From Candidatus Woesearchaeota archaeon (lineage in GTDB: Archaea > Nanobdellota > Nanobdellia > SCGC-AAA011-G17 > PNOQ01): 64,000 nucleotides of DNA. The DNA is taken from the NCBI GenBank assembly GCA_964408705.1, contig CAYPAI010000001.1:63750-127749 (forward strand). Direction: 5' to 3'. Position numbers and translations under genes: made by a program. Of the stretch, positions 46,560 through 56,476 are shown in pieces (position 1 is the stretch's first letter; each line of letters starts with the position of its first letter). The notes below the pieces were generated by a model. It made no database searches. It saw only the letters and a program-made list of their open reading frames with translations, and was not told where the DNA came from.

Positions 46560-47022
46560 ATTTAATTTATCTAGTATTTAAATATATTGTTAAGGTACTA
46601 CCCCCTCACCTACTTTTCAAATGGAAATCCTATATTTTTTAGATTTTGATTTTTTTCCCTTGGAAAATGTCTAATCTTTTCTTGATTTTATGTATTTTTT
46701 TAAGGATATATCGTCTATAAAACTTGAATATTTTTTTTATTTATTTTTTTAAAGTATTTCTTAACTAGAAGCCGTAATATACCATTATTTTTAAGAATTG
46801 ATATTTTTGTTTTTAAATTTTAATTTATATGTTTTATTATTATATTATATTTATATTGTAATTTATATTTTTTATACTGTTACTACTTTTTAGTTTCCAA
46901 AAGAAAAGTAGGTGTTTAGTTTGAGGATGTTGTTATTTTTTGTTTCCACAGGAAATATAGGCCTCAGGGTATATTTCATAATATGAAAATTCTTAAATAA
47001 TAATTTTGAGTAAACTTTCAGA
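46560..47022. other. Predicted chromosomal replication origin (oriC) with ORB-like dyads and AT-rich DUE
   Basis: A 460-bp noncoding region directly upstream of orc1/cdc6. Perfect dyads TTTTCC-CTT-GGAAAA (46653-46667) and TTTCC-ACA-GGAAA (46943-46955), matching the archaeal mini-ORB core (TTCCAnnGGAAA). Half-site GTTTCCAAAAGAAAAG at 46893-46908. A ~150-bp stretch of more than 90% A+T lies between them (46735-46890). Confidence 0.5.
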
Positions 47023-48231
47023 ATGGTAAAGGAAGACATAAGTGGTTTTTTTGAAGAATATCTTTCTAAAGAATCTATTTTTAAAAATAAAAAAGTTTTA
47101 CAATTTAGCCATACCCCTGACAACATCCCCCACAGAGAAGAGCAAATAAAAGAGATTGCATCAATTCTTGCACCTTCATTAAGAGGTGAAAAACCTTCCA
47201 ACCTTTTCTTATATGGTAAAACTGGTACAGGTAAGACACTTTCAATGTTTCATGTTATCAAGAATTTGGAAAAAATTGCAAAAACCAAAAAAATAGGTTT
47301 AAAAGTTTTTTATCTGAACTGTAAACTAAAACGAGTTGCAGATACAGAATATAGATTAATTGCTGCACTTGCGAGAGATTTTGGTGAAGATGTTCCAATT
47401 ACAGGATTACCCACTGATGAGATATACAGGATATTTATGGAAAGGATAGATAGAAAAGAGATGAATTTAATTTTAGTTTTGGATGAGATTGATCAACTAG
47501 TCAAAAAAGCAGGAGATGAAATATTATATAACCTTACTAGGATAAACTCCGAATTAAAAAAAACACAAATAACTGTAGTTGGAATATCTAACGATCTGCA
47601 ATTTGCTAATTATTTGGACCCAAGGGTTAAATCTTCCTTAACTGAAGAAGATATCAACTTCCCATCATATAATGCATTACAATTGCAAGACATCCTATCA
47701 GAAAGGGCCAAGTCTGCCTTCAAAAGTAAAGTAGTTGAAGAAGGAGTTATAAGTAAATGTGCAGCTTATGCTGCGAGGGAACATGGGGATGCAAGAAGGG
47801 CATTAGATTTACTAAGAGTTGCAGGAGAGTTGGCTGAAAGAAATAATGAAAGCAAGCTTAAGATAGATTTTATTGATAATGCTGAAGAAAAAATAGAGAG
47901 AGATTTAATATATGATGTCATAAAAACATTACCAAAACAGTCTCAAGCAACACTTCTTGCAATTTTTAAGTTGAACCGAGACTCACAAGATAAGATTTTA
48001 ACAGGAGATGTTTATGAAACTTACAAGTCTTATTGTATTGCTTCAGGTCTAAAAACACTAACTCAAAGAAGGCTATCTGATCTTATTGCAGAGTTAGATT
48101 TATTGGGAATAATTAATGCGAGAGTTGTTAGCAAAGGAAGATATGGAAGGACAAGGGAAATAAAGTTGGCAGTGCCACAAACTAATTTACCTTCATTAAA
48201 TAAGGAGTTAAAAGGATGGTTGGGACTGTAA
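47023..48231 (+). CDS. cdc6: Orc1/Cdc6 replication initiator
   Basis: 402 aa; AAA+ Walker A (LFLYGKTGTGKT), Walker B (LVLDEID) and a C-terminal winged helix. Confidence 0.9.
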   Translation: MVKEDISGFFEEYLSKESIFKNKKVLQFSHTPDNIPHREEQIKEIASILAPSLRGEKPSNLFLYGKTGTGKTLSMFHVIKNLEKIAKTKKIGLKVFYLNCKLKRVADTEYRLIAALARDFGEDVPITGLPTDEIYRIFMERIDRKEMNLILVLDEIDQLVKKAGDEILYNLTRINSELKKTQITVVGISNDLQFANYLDPRVKSSLTEEDINFPSYNALQLQDILSERAKSAFKSKVVEEGVISKCAAYAAREHGDARRALDLLRVAGELAERNNESKLKIDFIDNAEEKIERDLIYDVIKTLPKQSQATLLAIFKLNRDSQDKILTGDVYETYKSYCIASGLKTLTQRRLSDLIAELDLLGIINARVVSKGRYGRTREIKLAVPQTNLPSLNKELKGWLGL

Positions 48232-49853
48232 ATGAAAAAATAACTAACCTCCTGAAGAAAGGATTTTTAGTTGGTCCAGATTTAATTAAGGAGTTAGAGG
48301 ATCCAAACTTAGATACATTAAGTGACATACCTTATGAAGATCGGCCTTCAGTAATAACAAAAGACATCCATGATTATTTTTTAAAAAAACCAAATAAAAT
48401 AAATATCTCTTGGAAGGATTTTGAAAAAGCAAGAGTTAATTTTGAAAAAGGCAAAGATAAGAAAACCTATCCTTCCTTGCTAAAGTTAACAAATTATAAA
48501 GATAATAAGGAAAAGTTAGACAAGCTCTTGAGTGAAGTTAAAAAACCAGTTAAGCCCATTATATCTCTTGAGAAAAATCCTTCTACTGTTCCAATTGTTT
48601 TGAGGAATTATACAGATAAAAAAACAAAGATTAATGTTAATACTTTTGTTGAACATTATAAACTAAGATATAACTTCTTGAGGAAACTGTTACAGGCCAG
48701 GCAAGACCTGAGTGGTGCAGTGTCTATAGATAGATTGAACCATCGGCGTAAAGGAGATAAAGTTTCTACAATTGGGATGGTCTATTCTAAAGAATATACA
48801 AAAAATAAGCACCTCCTCCTTGAAATAGAAGATATTACTGGTAGGGTAAAATGTTTAGTTATGAATTCTAAAAAAGATCTTTTTGAACTTTCTAAAGATA
48901 TTGTGTGTGATGAAGTGATAGGGTTGAAAGGGACAGCAGGAGATGGCCTAATATTTATTGAAAATGTTTATTTTCCAGATGTTCCTGCCGGAGAAATTAT
49001 TAAAAAAGGGCAGAAGGAAGAATATATAGCATTTATTTCAGATATCCAAATAGGTTCCAAAAAATTTCTTAAGAAGAGTTTTATGAGATTTATAGACTGG
49101 ATAAATGGAGAATATGGTTCAAAGGAACAAAAAGAAGAAGCATTAAAAATAAAATACTTGTGTGTAGTTGGAGATGTTGTAGATGGAGTAGGAATATATC
49201 CAGGACAAGAATCAGATTTAGAGATAAAAGATATTTATGATCAATATAAGGAGTGTGCAAATGTTTTTTCAAAGATAAGGAAAGACATACACATAATTAT
49301 ATCTCCAGGGAACCATGATGCCGTCAGATTGGCAGAACCTCAACCTGTTTTTGAAAGAAGCATGTCGGAGGATTTGTGGGAAATGGAAAATGTAACTCTT
49401 GTTACTAATCCGGCAACAGTTAATGTGGGGGCGACGGAAACATTTGAAGGACTTGATGTATTGATGTACCACGGATTTAGTTTTGATTTTTATGTAGATT
49501 ATTTAGATAATATACGGAACAAGGGGGGTTATGACAGCATTTGTGTTTTAATGAAGATGTTGCTACAAAAGAGACACCTAGCACCAACTCACACATCAAA
49601 TCTTTCAGTGATAGATCCTGAAGAAGATTATATGGTAATAGAAGATATACCCGATATTTTTGTTACAGGTCATGTGCACAAGGCAAAAATAGACCAATAT
49701 GGTAAGACTACACTAATTAATAGCAGCTGTTGGCAAGCTAAGACAGACTACGAGGAGAAGTTAGGACATACTCCTGAGCCAGCAAGAGTTGCAATAATTA
49801 ATATGAAAACAAGGGAGACAAAATTTATGAAATTTTTAGTAGAAGATGAATGA
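48216..49853 (+). CDS. dp1: DNA polymerase D small subunit (DP1, 3'-5' exonuclease)
   Basis: 545 aa; OB fold plus calcineurin-like phosphoesterase motifs (GDVVDGVG, GNHDA, GHVH). Confidence 0.85.
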   Translation: MVGTVNEKITNLLKKGFLVGPDLIKELEDPNLDTLSDIPYEDRPSVITKDIHDYFLKKPNKINISWKDFEKARVNFEKGKDKKTYPSLLKLTNYKDNKEKLDKLLSEVKKPVKPIISLEKNPSTVPIVLRNYTDKKTKINVNTFVEHYKLRYNFLRKLLQARQDLSGAVSIDRLNHRRKGDKVSTIGMVYSKEYTKNKHLLLEIEDITGRVKCLVMNSKKDLFELSKDIVCDEVIGLKGTAGDGLIFIENVYFPDVPAGEIIKKGQKEEYIAFISDIQIGSKKFLKKSFMRFIDWINGEYGSKEQKEEALKIKYLCVVGDVVDGVGIYPGQESDLEIKDIYDQYKECANVFSKIRKDIHIIISPGNHDAVRLAEPQPVFERSMSEDLWEMENVTLVTNPATVNVGATETFEGLDVLMYHGFSFDFYVDYLDNIRNKGGYDSICVLMKMLLQKRHLAPTHTSNLSVIDPEEDYMVIEDIPDIFVTGHVHKAKIDQYGKTTLINSSCWQAKTDYEEKLGHTPEPARVAIINMKTRETKFMKFLVEDE

Positions 49854-52800
49854 TTTAAATAAATATGATGAAGGCATAGATAAAAAAGTTAAAAAAGCAT
49901 ATGATCTTGCTAAATCTGCAAAGTTAAAAAGAATAGATCCTTCGGAGCGGATCGAAATACCTTTAGCTAAAAACATGGCAGAGAGGGTTGAAGGTTTGAT
50001 AGGTGTTGCTGCACCTCAAATAGTTGGGAAAGGCCTACCCCAAAGAATAGAACAATTAGAAAAAGAAAATGGGAAGTTGGATTGGAGAGTCGGATTAAAA
50101 ATAGCATACGAAGTTGCTAGTGAAAAATTTTGTAAATTTGAAGATAAAAAAGAAGCAATAGAGGTTGGTATAAGAGTGGGGTTTGCTTATGTTACTGTAG
50201 GAGTTGTAGCAAGCCCTTTAGAAGGTTTTACTGGGATAAAGATTAGAAAGAGAAAGGATGGAAAGGAATATCTTGCATTGTGCTACGCAGGGCCGGTAAG
50301 GAGTGCAGGAGGTACTGCTGCCTCTGTTTCGGTATTAATAGCAGATTATTTAAGAAAAAAAATGGACTATTCTAAGTATGATCCAACTCCTGAAGAGGTG
50401 AAGAGGGCAGTAATAGAGTTAACAGATTATCATGAGAGGATAACAAATTTACAATATTTTCCTAGTCCTGAAGAAATTGAGAACATGGTTTCAAATTTAC
50501 CTGTTCAAATAGATGGGGATCCGACCGAAAAGTTGGAAGTTTCAAACCACAAAGATTTGGATAGGATTGAAACCAATAGGATAAGAGGTGGTTTTTGTTT
50601 AGTGTTGGGGGAGTGCCTTTGCCAAAAGGCAAAGAAAGTAAATAAACAACTAGAAGATTGGGGAGACGAGTTAGGAATGGGAGATTGGGATTTTATGCAT
50701 TCTTTTTGTAAAATTCAAACAAAATTAAAAGCAAAAGAAAAAGGTATACAAGATTCAACTGAAAAAATTTCACCAGACTTTACTTTCATAAAAGATATTG
50801 TTGCAGGAAGGCCCGTTTTAACATACCCTTTGAGAGAAGGTGGATTTAGATTAAGATATGGGCGTTCGAGAACTACTGGGCTTAGCTCAGTGGCTATACA
50901 CCCTTTAACTATGAAGATCCTTAATAATTACATTGCAATAGGTACTCAACTCAAAATGGAGAGGCCAGGAAAAGGAACTGCCTTAAGTTCTTGTGATTCA
51001 ATAGAAGGCCCAATTGTAAGATTAGACAACGGGGAAGTTATTTTTTTAAAAGAAGAAGACTATGATAAATTTAAAAATAACATAGATAAGATCTTGTTTT
51101 TAGGAGACATATTAATTCCCTATGGAGATTTTTTGAATAGAGCACATGTGTTAGTCCCTCCAGGGTATTGTGAAGAATGGTGGATAAAAGAAATAAAAAA
51201 TAAAAAAAGATCCCCTCAAGAGTTAGAAGTTGAAACAAAGATTAACCTTTCATTGTTGAAACAACTATACAATGACCCTATAAAAACAAATATTTCTGTA
51301 AAAGATTCTTTTACTATTTCTGAAAAGTTGGGAGTCCCGTTTCACCCAAAATATACATTCCATTGGAAAGATATCTCTGTAAAAGAATTATTAATCCTTT
51401 TGAGCAAAGTTATAAAATCTACTATAAAACGAGGAGAGGAGTTTAAATTAATTTTTCCACTACATGAAGAAGAATTAGAAAAACATATTTCTCTTAAAAA
51501 GATTCTTGAAAAAGTAGGCGTTCCTCATAAATTAGTTTCTAATGAATATTTAATAATTGAAAAAGAATGGGCAGAGTCTTTTTTGGTAAATCTTGGATTG
51601 TACAAAGAGGGGGCTGATTTAAAAAAAACCATAGAAGAAATAGATACTTCTAATGAAGTTTTACAAATAATAAATAATCTTTCTGAAATAAAAATAAGGG
51701 ATAAATCTGGAGTTTTCGTTGGTGCAAGAATGGGTAGGCCTGAAAAGGCAAAAATACGTAAATTAAAAGGTAGCCCCCACGTATTGTTTCCAGTAGGTAA
51801 TGAAGGGGGTAGATTAAGATGTTTCCAATCTGCATTGGAGAAAGGAAAAATTAATGCAGAGTTTCCCCTCAAACATTGTGAAAAGTGCGATATAGAGACA
51901 GTATATCCTTCTTGTCAAACTTGTAAAAATAAAACTACTCCAAGATATTATTGTAGACTTTGTAAAAAGGTTTTAAGCGAAGAGGTTTGTCCAAACCATG
52001 GAAAAGGGACAAACTATAATTTTAGGAGTATAAATATTTCTGAGTATTATTCTAGTTCTTTAAAAAAGCTAGGAATAAACAATTCTCCCGATTTAGTAAA
52101 GGGTGTGAGGGGAATGTCTAGTGATAGCAAAGATGTTGAAAATTTGTCTAAAGGATTACTTAGGGCAATACACAATATTCATGTAAACAAAGATGGTACA
52201 GTTAGGTATGATATGACGGAATTAGCATTAACACACTTTAAACCTAAGGAAGTTGGAACTAGTGTAGAAAAATTAATTAAACTGGGATATACTAAAGATG
52301 TTTTAGGAAAAGAATTAACCGACGAAGACCAAATTTTACAAATTTATCCTCAAGATGTTATTTTGCCTTCATGCGAAGAATCAAATGAAGAAGGTTGCGA
52401 TTCAATAATGTATAGAGTTTCTAAGTTTGTAGATGATTTATTGAAACATGTTTATGGGTCAAGTCCATTCTATGAGTTAAAATCTAAATCAGATCTAGTT
52501 GGTCACCTTGTTATAAGTCTTGCACCTCACACTTCTGCAGGAGTGGTAGGAAGGATAATAGGTTTTTCAAAAACCCAAGGAGGTTATGCTAGTCCGATTT
52601 GGCATTGTGCTCAAAGAAGAGATTGCGATGGAGATGAGTGCGGGATCATGTTGTTAATGGATGGTTTATTAAATTTTTCAAGGAAGTATTTACCAGGTCA
52701 CAGGGGTGCAACTCAAGATGCCCCGCTTGTGCTAACTTCAAAAGTTATCTTAACTGAAGTTGATGATATGGTTTTTGATATGGATACTGAATGGGAGTAT

Positions 52801-53370
52801 CCTCTCGAATTTTATGAAGCATGTGAAGAGTATAAGATGCCATGGGACATTAAAATAAAAAAAATAGGTGACAATCTTGAAAATTTTGGAGAATTTATAA
52901 TTGGATATACTCACGAAACAGATAACTTAAACGATGGAGTAAGATATAGTGCCTATAAGCAAATTCCAACGATGCAAGAGAAAGTTCTTGGCCAGATGGA
53001 TCTTGCCGAAAAAATAAGGGCAGTTGATGAAGATGATGTTGCAAGACTAGTAATAGACCGGCATTTCATCAGAGACATAAAAGGTAATCTTAGGAAGTTT
53101 AGTATGCAGGAGTTTAGATGTGTGGCTTGTAATACAAAATATAGGAGGACACCTCTTAATGGAAAGTGCACTAATTGCAAGGGCAAACTTATTTTTACTA
53201 TTTCAGAAGGTAGTGTTACAAAATATTTGATGCCTTCATTACAACTTGCAGAAAAATATAATCTTCCAGAATATACTTCCCAAACTTTAGACTTACTTAA
53301 AAGAAGAATAGAGAGTTTTTTTGGAAAAGAAGAAGACAGGCAAGAAGGGTTAAGTAGGTGGGTTCTTTGA
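49846..53370 (+). CDS. dp2: DNA polymerase D large subunit (DP2)
   Basis: 1174 aa; conserved DP2 segments and Cys clusters (CEKCDIETVYPSCQTC, CRLCKK...CPNHG, CVACNTK...CTNCKG). No intein. Confidence 0.85.
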   Translation: MNDLNKYDEGIDKKVKKAYDLAKSAKLKRIDPSERIEIPLAKNMAERVEGLIGVAAPQIVGKGLPQRIEQLEKENGKLDWRVGLKIAYEVASEKFCKFEDKKEAIEVGIRVGFAYVTVGVVASPLEGFTGIKIRKRKDGKEYLALCYAGPVRSAGGTAASVSVLIADYLRKKMDYSKYDPTPEEVKRAVIELTDYHERITNLQYFPSPEEIENMVSNLPVQIDGDPTEKLEVSNHKDLDRIETNRIRGGFCLVLGECLCQKAKKVNKQLEDWGDELGMGDWDFMHSFCKIQTKLKAKEKGIQDSTEKISPDFTFIKDIVAGRPVLTYPLREGGFRLRYGRSRTTGLSSVAIHPLTMKILNNYIAIGTQLKMERPGKGTALSSCDSIEGPIVRLDNGEVIFLKEEDYDKFKNNIDKILFLGDILIPYGDFLNRAHVLVPPGYCEEWWIKEIKNKKRSPQELEVETKINLSLLKQLYNDPIKTNISVKDSFTISEKLGVPFHPKYTFHWKDISVKELLILLSKVIKSTIKRGEEFKLIFPLHEEELEKHISLKKILEKVGVPHKLVSNEYLIIEKEWAESFLVNLGLYKEGADLKKTIEEIDTSNEVLQIINNLSEIKIRDKSGVFVGARMGRPEKAKIRKLKGSPHVLFPVGNEGGRLRCFQSALEKGKINAEFPLKHCEKCDIETVYPSCQTCKNKTTPRYYCRLCKKVLSEEVCPNHGKGTNYNFRSINISEYYSSSLKKLGINNSPDLVKGVRGMSSDSKDVENLSKGLLRAIHNIHVNKDGTVRYDMTELALTHFKPKEVGTSVEKLIKLGYTKDVLGKELTDEDQILQIYPQDVILPSCEESNEEGCDSIMYRVSKFVDDLLKHVYGSSPFYELKSKSDLVGHLVISLAPHTSAGVVGRIIGFSKTQGGYASPIWHCAQRRDCDGDECGIMLLMDGLLNFSRKYLPGHRGATQDAPLVLTSKVILTEVDDMVFDMDTEWEYPLEFYEACEEYKMPWDIKIKKIGDNLENFGEFIIGYTHETDNLNDGVRYSAYKQIPTMQEKVLGQMDLAEKIRAVDEDDVARLVIDRHFIRDIKGNLRKFSMQEFRCVACNTKYRRTPLNGKCTNCKGKLIFTISEGSVTKYLMPSLQLAEKYNLPEYTSQTLDLLKRRIESFFGKEEDRQEGLSRWVL

Positions 53371-53430
53371 AATAAAGAATATATGCAAATAAGATAAAAT
53401 TTATAAAAGAGTATAGATTAATATTTTATT

Positions 53431-54549
53431 ATGGGTATTCTATCTAAGAAAAATAATCAAGATTCTTTTTTTGTTTTAGATGAGGAAAATAAAAAATTAA
53501 GAGAGACAGTGTCTAGTCTCCGAAAGGAACTTGATGTCTATAAAACTCCACCTCTGATTGTGTGTGATGTAGTCAAAGTAATGGATAGTAAAATAATAAT
53601 CAGGTTACAAAACGGAAACAAATTTTTAGTTAACCTTAGTCCTTCATTAATACAAAGGATAAAACCTGGTCAGAGAGTTTTAGCAGAGCAGAAATCCTTA
53701 ACTGTGGTAGAAATTCTTGAAAATATCAAAAATTTTGATGTTGAAAATTTTGTGATTATGGAAAAACCAAAGATTTCTTGGGAAGATATAGGTGGATTGG
53801 ATGATCAAATTCAAGAGATACATGAAGTGGTAGAATTGCCACTGAAGAATCCCAACTTATTTAAGAAAGTAGGAATCCACCCCCCAAAAGGAGTTTTATT
53901 GTACGGCCCTTCCGGCACAGGTAAAACTATTTTGGCTAAGGCAGTTGCAAAAAGTACAAATTCAACATTTATAGAAATAGTAGGTAGTGAATTAGTTCAA
54001 AAGTTCATAGGAGAGGGTGCAAAATTAGTTAAAGATATTTTTGATTTGGCTAGAGAGAGGGCCCCTTCAGTCATATTTATAGATGAGTTAGATTCAATTG
54101 CTGCAGAAAGGGTTGAGATGGGTACTAGTGGGGAGAGAGAAGTCCAAAGGACTTTTATGCAACTTCTAAGCGAGATAGATGGTTTTGATTCATTAGATAA
54201 TGTTAAGATAATTGGTGCTACTAATCGGATTGATGTATTAGACAGTGCGATAATTCGTCCAGGAAGATTAGATAGGTTAATACACATGCCTCTCCCAGAG
54301 GAAAAAGCAAGGGAAGAGATATTTAAGATACATTCAAGAGATATGAGGTTTTCAAAAATAGATGTTCCTAAACTAAGTGTGTTGACCGAAGGTTTTTCAG
54401 GGGCAGAGATAAAATCTATGTGCACAGAGGCAGGTTATTTTGCAATAAGGAATAAGAGAACTATTGCAACTATGGGAGATTTTTTATTGGCAATAGAAAA
54501 GATAAGACAGGAAGAAATAGATATAGAGCCAATTAAAATGTTTGGTTAA
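53431..54549 (+). CDS. pan: Proteasome-activating nucleotidase (PAN)-like AAA ATPase
   Basis: 372 aa; N-terminal coiled coil plus OB fold, then a single AAA domain (GVLLYGPSGTGKT, IDELDS, SRH). Confidence 0.75.
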   Translation: MGILSKKNNQDSFFVLDEENKKLRETVSSLRKELDVYKTPPLIVCDVVKVMDSKIIIRLQNGNKFLVNLSPSLIQRIKPGQRVLAEQKSLTVVEILENIKNFDVENFVIMEKPKISWEDIGGLDDQIQEIHEVVELPLKNPNLFKKVGIHPPKGVLLYGPSGTGKTILAKAVAKSTNSTFIEIVGSELVQKFIGEGAKLVKDIFDLARERAPSVIFIDELDSIAAERVEMGTSGEREVQRTFMQLLSEIDGFDSLDNVKIIGATNRIDVLDSAIIRPGRLDRLIHMPLPEEKAREEIFKIHSRDMRFSKIDVPKLSVLTEGFSGAEIKSMCTEAGYFAIRNKRTIATMGDFLLAIEKIRQEEIDIEPIKMFG

Positions 54550-54650
54550 ACCATGGAAGATTTTTTGATTTTCTTTTTGTCCATTACGAGTATTTTAGTG
54601 ATATATTGGGTTCTTTTTGGGGAAAGAGCATTTAAAGATAAATTTAAAAA

Positions 54651-55187
54651 ATGAGATTGTTTATAGGATTAATCTTGCCAAAAGAAGTAAGAGATTTTCT
54701 TTTTAATGTTCAAAAGATTAATCATTCAAATTTGGCTAAAATTAAATGGGTCCCCAAAAAAAATCTACATCTCACATTAAAATTTCTAGGTGAAGTTGAC
54801 CCTAGTAAATTAGATTTAATTATTTCGAAACTAAATAAAATAAATTTTGAGCCATTTTATGCAAGGGTCAAAAATATGGGTTTTTTTGGAAAAGGGGAAG
54901 ATGTAAAGGTAATTTGGAGCGGAATTACGCCTCTGAAGAAAATAATAAGTTTACAACATAAGGTAGATCAAGAACTATTGAGTGTTTTTAAATTTGACCA
55001 GAGTTTTGTACCTCATATCACCCTAGGGAGAGTTAAAAAAATAAAAAGTGATAAATTTATTTCTACATTTAGTAAATCTAAGAGGGTAGAAAGCAAGGAT
55101 TTCTTAGTAGAAGGGTTTTGTTTAATTCAAAGTAAAGTAACTAAAGATGGATCAAATTATTTTATTTTGGAACAATTTAATAAATAA
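54651..55187 (+). CDS. thpR: RNA 2',3'-cyclic phosphodiesterase (ThpR/LigT, 2H family)
   Basis: 178 aa; two H-x-T-x motifs (HLTLKFLG and HITLGRV). Confidence 0.7.
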   Translation: MRLFIGLILPKEVRDFLFNVQKINHSNLAKIKWVPKKNLHLTLKFLGEVDPSKLDLIISKLNKINFEPFYARVKNMGFFGKGEDVKVIWSGITPLKKIISLQHKVDQELLSVFKFDQSFVPHITLGRVKKIKSDKFISTFSKSKRVESKDFLVEGFCLIQSKVTKDGSNYFILEQFNK

Positions 55188-55216
55188 TTTTATAAATATC
55201 TAGGTTGTAGTTTAAG

Positions 55217-56476
55217 GTGATGGATAAAGGACTTAAAAAAAGTTGGTTGCCTTTAGCAATATTATTAGGAATAGTTTTATCTATGATCTTAGGTACAATT
55301 TATGGCATAGATATATTTCCTAAACGGAACCCCACTATGCCTGAAGAAGGTTGTATTTCTATTTTAGACCGGGGAAATTATCAAGATACGATAGACATTG
55401 TTTTTTTATCAACAAATTATGAAGATGTACCTACATATGCAGAGGATACTCTTGTTTTTTTTGAATCATTTTTAGAAGTTGAACCTTACAAAAGGAATAA
55501 AGATAGGTTTAATTTTTTTAGAATAGAAGAGCCAGGTTTAGATCTTGGGTGCAACTACGAACATGATGCTGTTGTATGTGATCCTTCTAAAGTTAAAAAA
55601 GCTGCAAGCATTTGTCCTTATGATTATCCTGTAGTATTAGTAGATCCAAGGGGTGTTAAGAAATTTAAATCCCATTTAAGGTCTAGTTCGTGGAGAGGAG
55701 TGGTTTCGGTTAATGCTAATGATGATCCTCTTGTGTTTGCCCATGAAGCAGGACACCAAATGTCTGCATTGTTGGATGAGTACACTTGGCAAGGGGGGAC
55801 AATATTTATAGAAGGTCCTAATTGTGATTCAGATAAGCAAAAGTGTTCTAAGTTTGAAGATGTGGATGGTTCCGAGTGTCATATAGGGTGTGTAAATAAC
55901 GAACACGCTAGGCCAGTAGAAGTAGGTATAATGAGAGACTATTGGCAATCTAATAGTTTTGGAGAATATGATGAATATATTATTCATCAGTCTATCCTTG
56001 AGCAGACTGAATTTTCCGAGTATGTACTTCCTAATGAAAATTTAGAGTTATCTCCTATTGAATCATCTCAGGAAGTAGATATTGTCACATTTTCTTGTGG
56101 CCTCAAATTTGGAGAAGTTCAAGAGTCTTGTGAGATTTTGGAGATTTTACCTGGAAGAGGTTATGTTAGTGATATGTTGGGAGATGATTTAACAATTTCA
56201 AATGGAGATTATAGTGTAGGAGTTAGTTATGGGGATATTCGGGATGTATTAATAGTAGAAGGATATAATCCTGAAAAAGGAGAGTTTAGTTTTGAGTATA
56301 AATTTATTGATTTTGAAGATGTTGTGATTTTGCCTAGAGAGAAAGAAGGGGGAATTATAAGTATAATTGGAGAAGGTGGGGTAGTCCTTGATTCAACAGA
56401 GTATGGCTTAGACCAAGATGGAGCAAATTATATAATTAGCGAGCCAGTTTCATTAAATATACCTGAAGTAGTTTAG
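55217..56476 (+). CDS. Membrane-anchored HExxH zinc metallopeptidase, M64-like
   Basis: 419 aa; N-terminal TM anchor; HEAGHQMSALLDEY resembles the M64 HExxH...GL(A)DEY signature; Cys-rich, acidic C-terminal region. Confidence 0.5.
   Translation: MMDKGLKKSWLPLAILLGIVLSMILGTIYGIDIFPKRNPTMPEEGCISILDRGNYQDTIDIVFLSTNYEDVPTYAEDTLVFFESFLEVEPYKRNKDRFNFFRIEEPGLDLGCNYEHDAVVCDPSKVKKAASICPYDYPVVLVDPRGVKKFKSHLRSSSWRGVVSVNANDDPLVFAHEAGHQMSALLDEYTWQGGTIFIEGPNCDSDKQKCSKFEDVDGSECHIGCVNNEHARPVEVGIMRDYWQSNSFGEYDEYIIHQSILEQTEFSEYVLPNENLELSPIESSQEVDIVTFSCGLKFGEVQESCEILEILPGRGYVSDMLGDDLTISNGDYSVGVSYGDIRDVLIVEGYNPEKGEFSFEYKFIDFEDVVILPREKEGGIISIIGEGGVVLDSTEYGLDQDGANYIISEPVSLNIPEVV

Noticed and set aside
46890-47201. 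103-aa minus-strand ORF overlapping the cdc6 start and the oriC region
   Set aside because: It overlaps the predicted ORB dyads and the AT-rich DUE as well as the cdc6 N-terminus, so it is more likely noncoding origin DNA.
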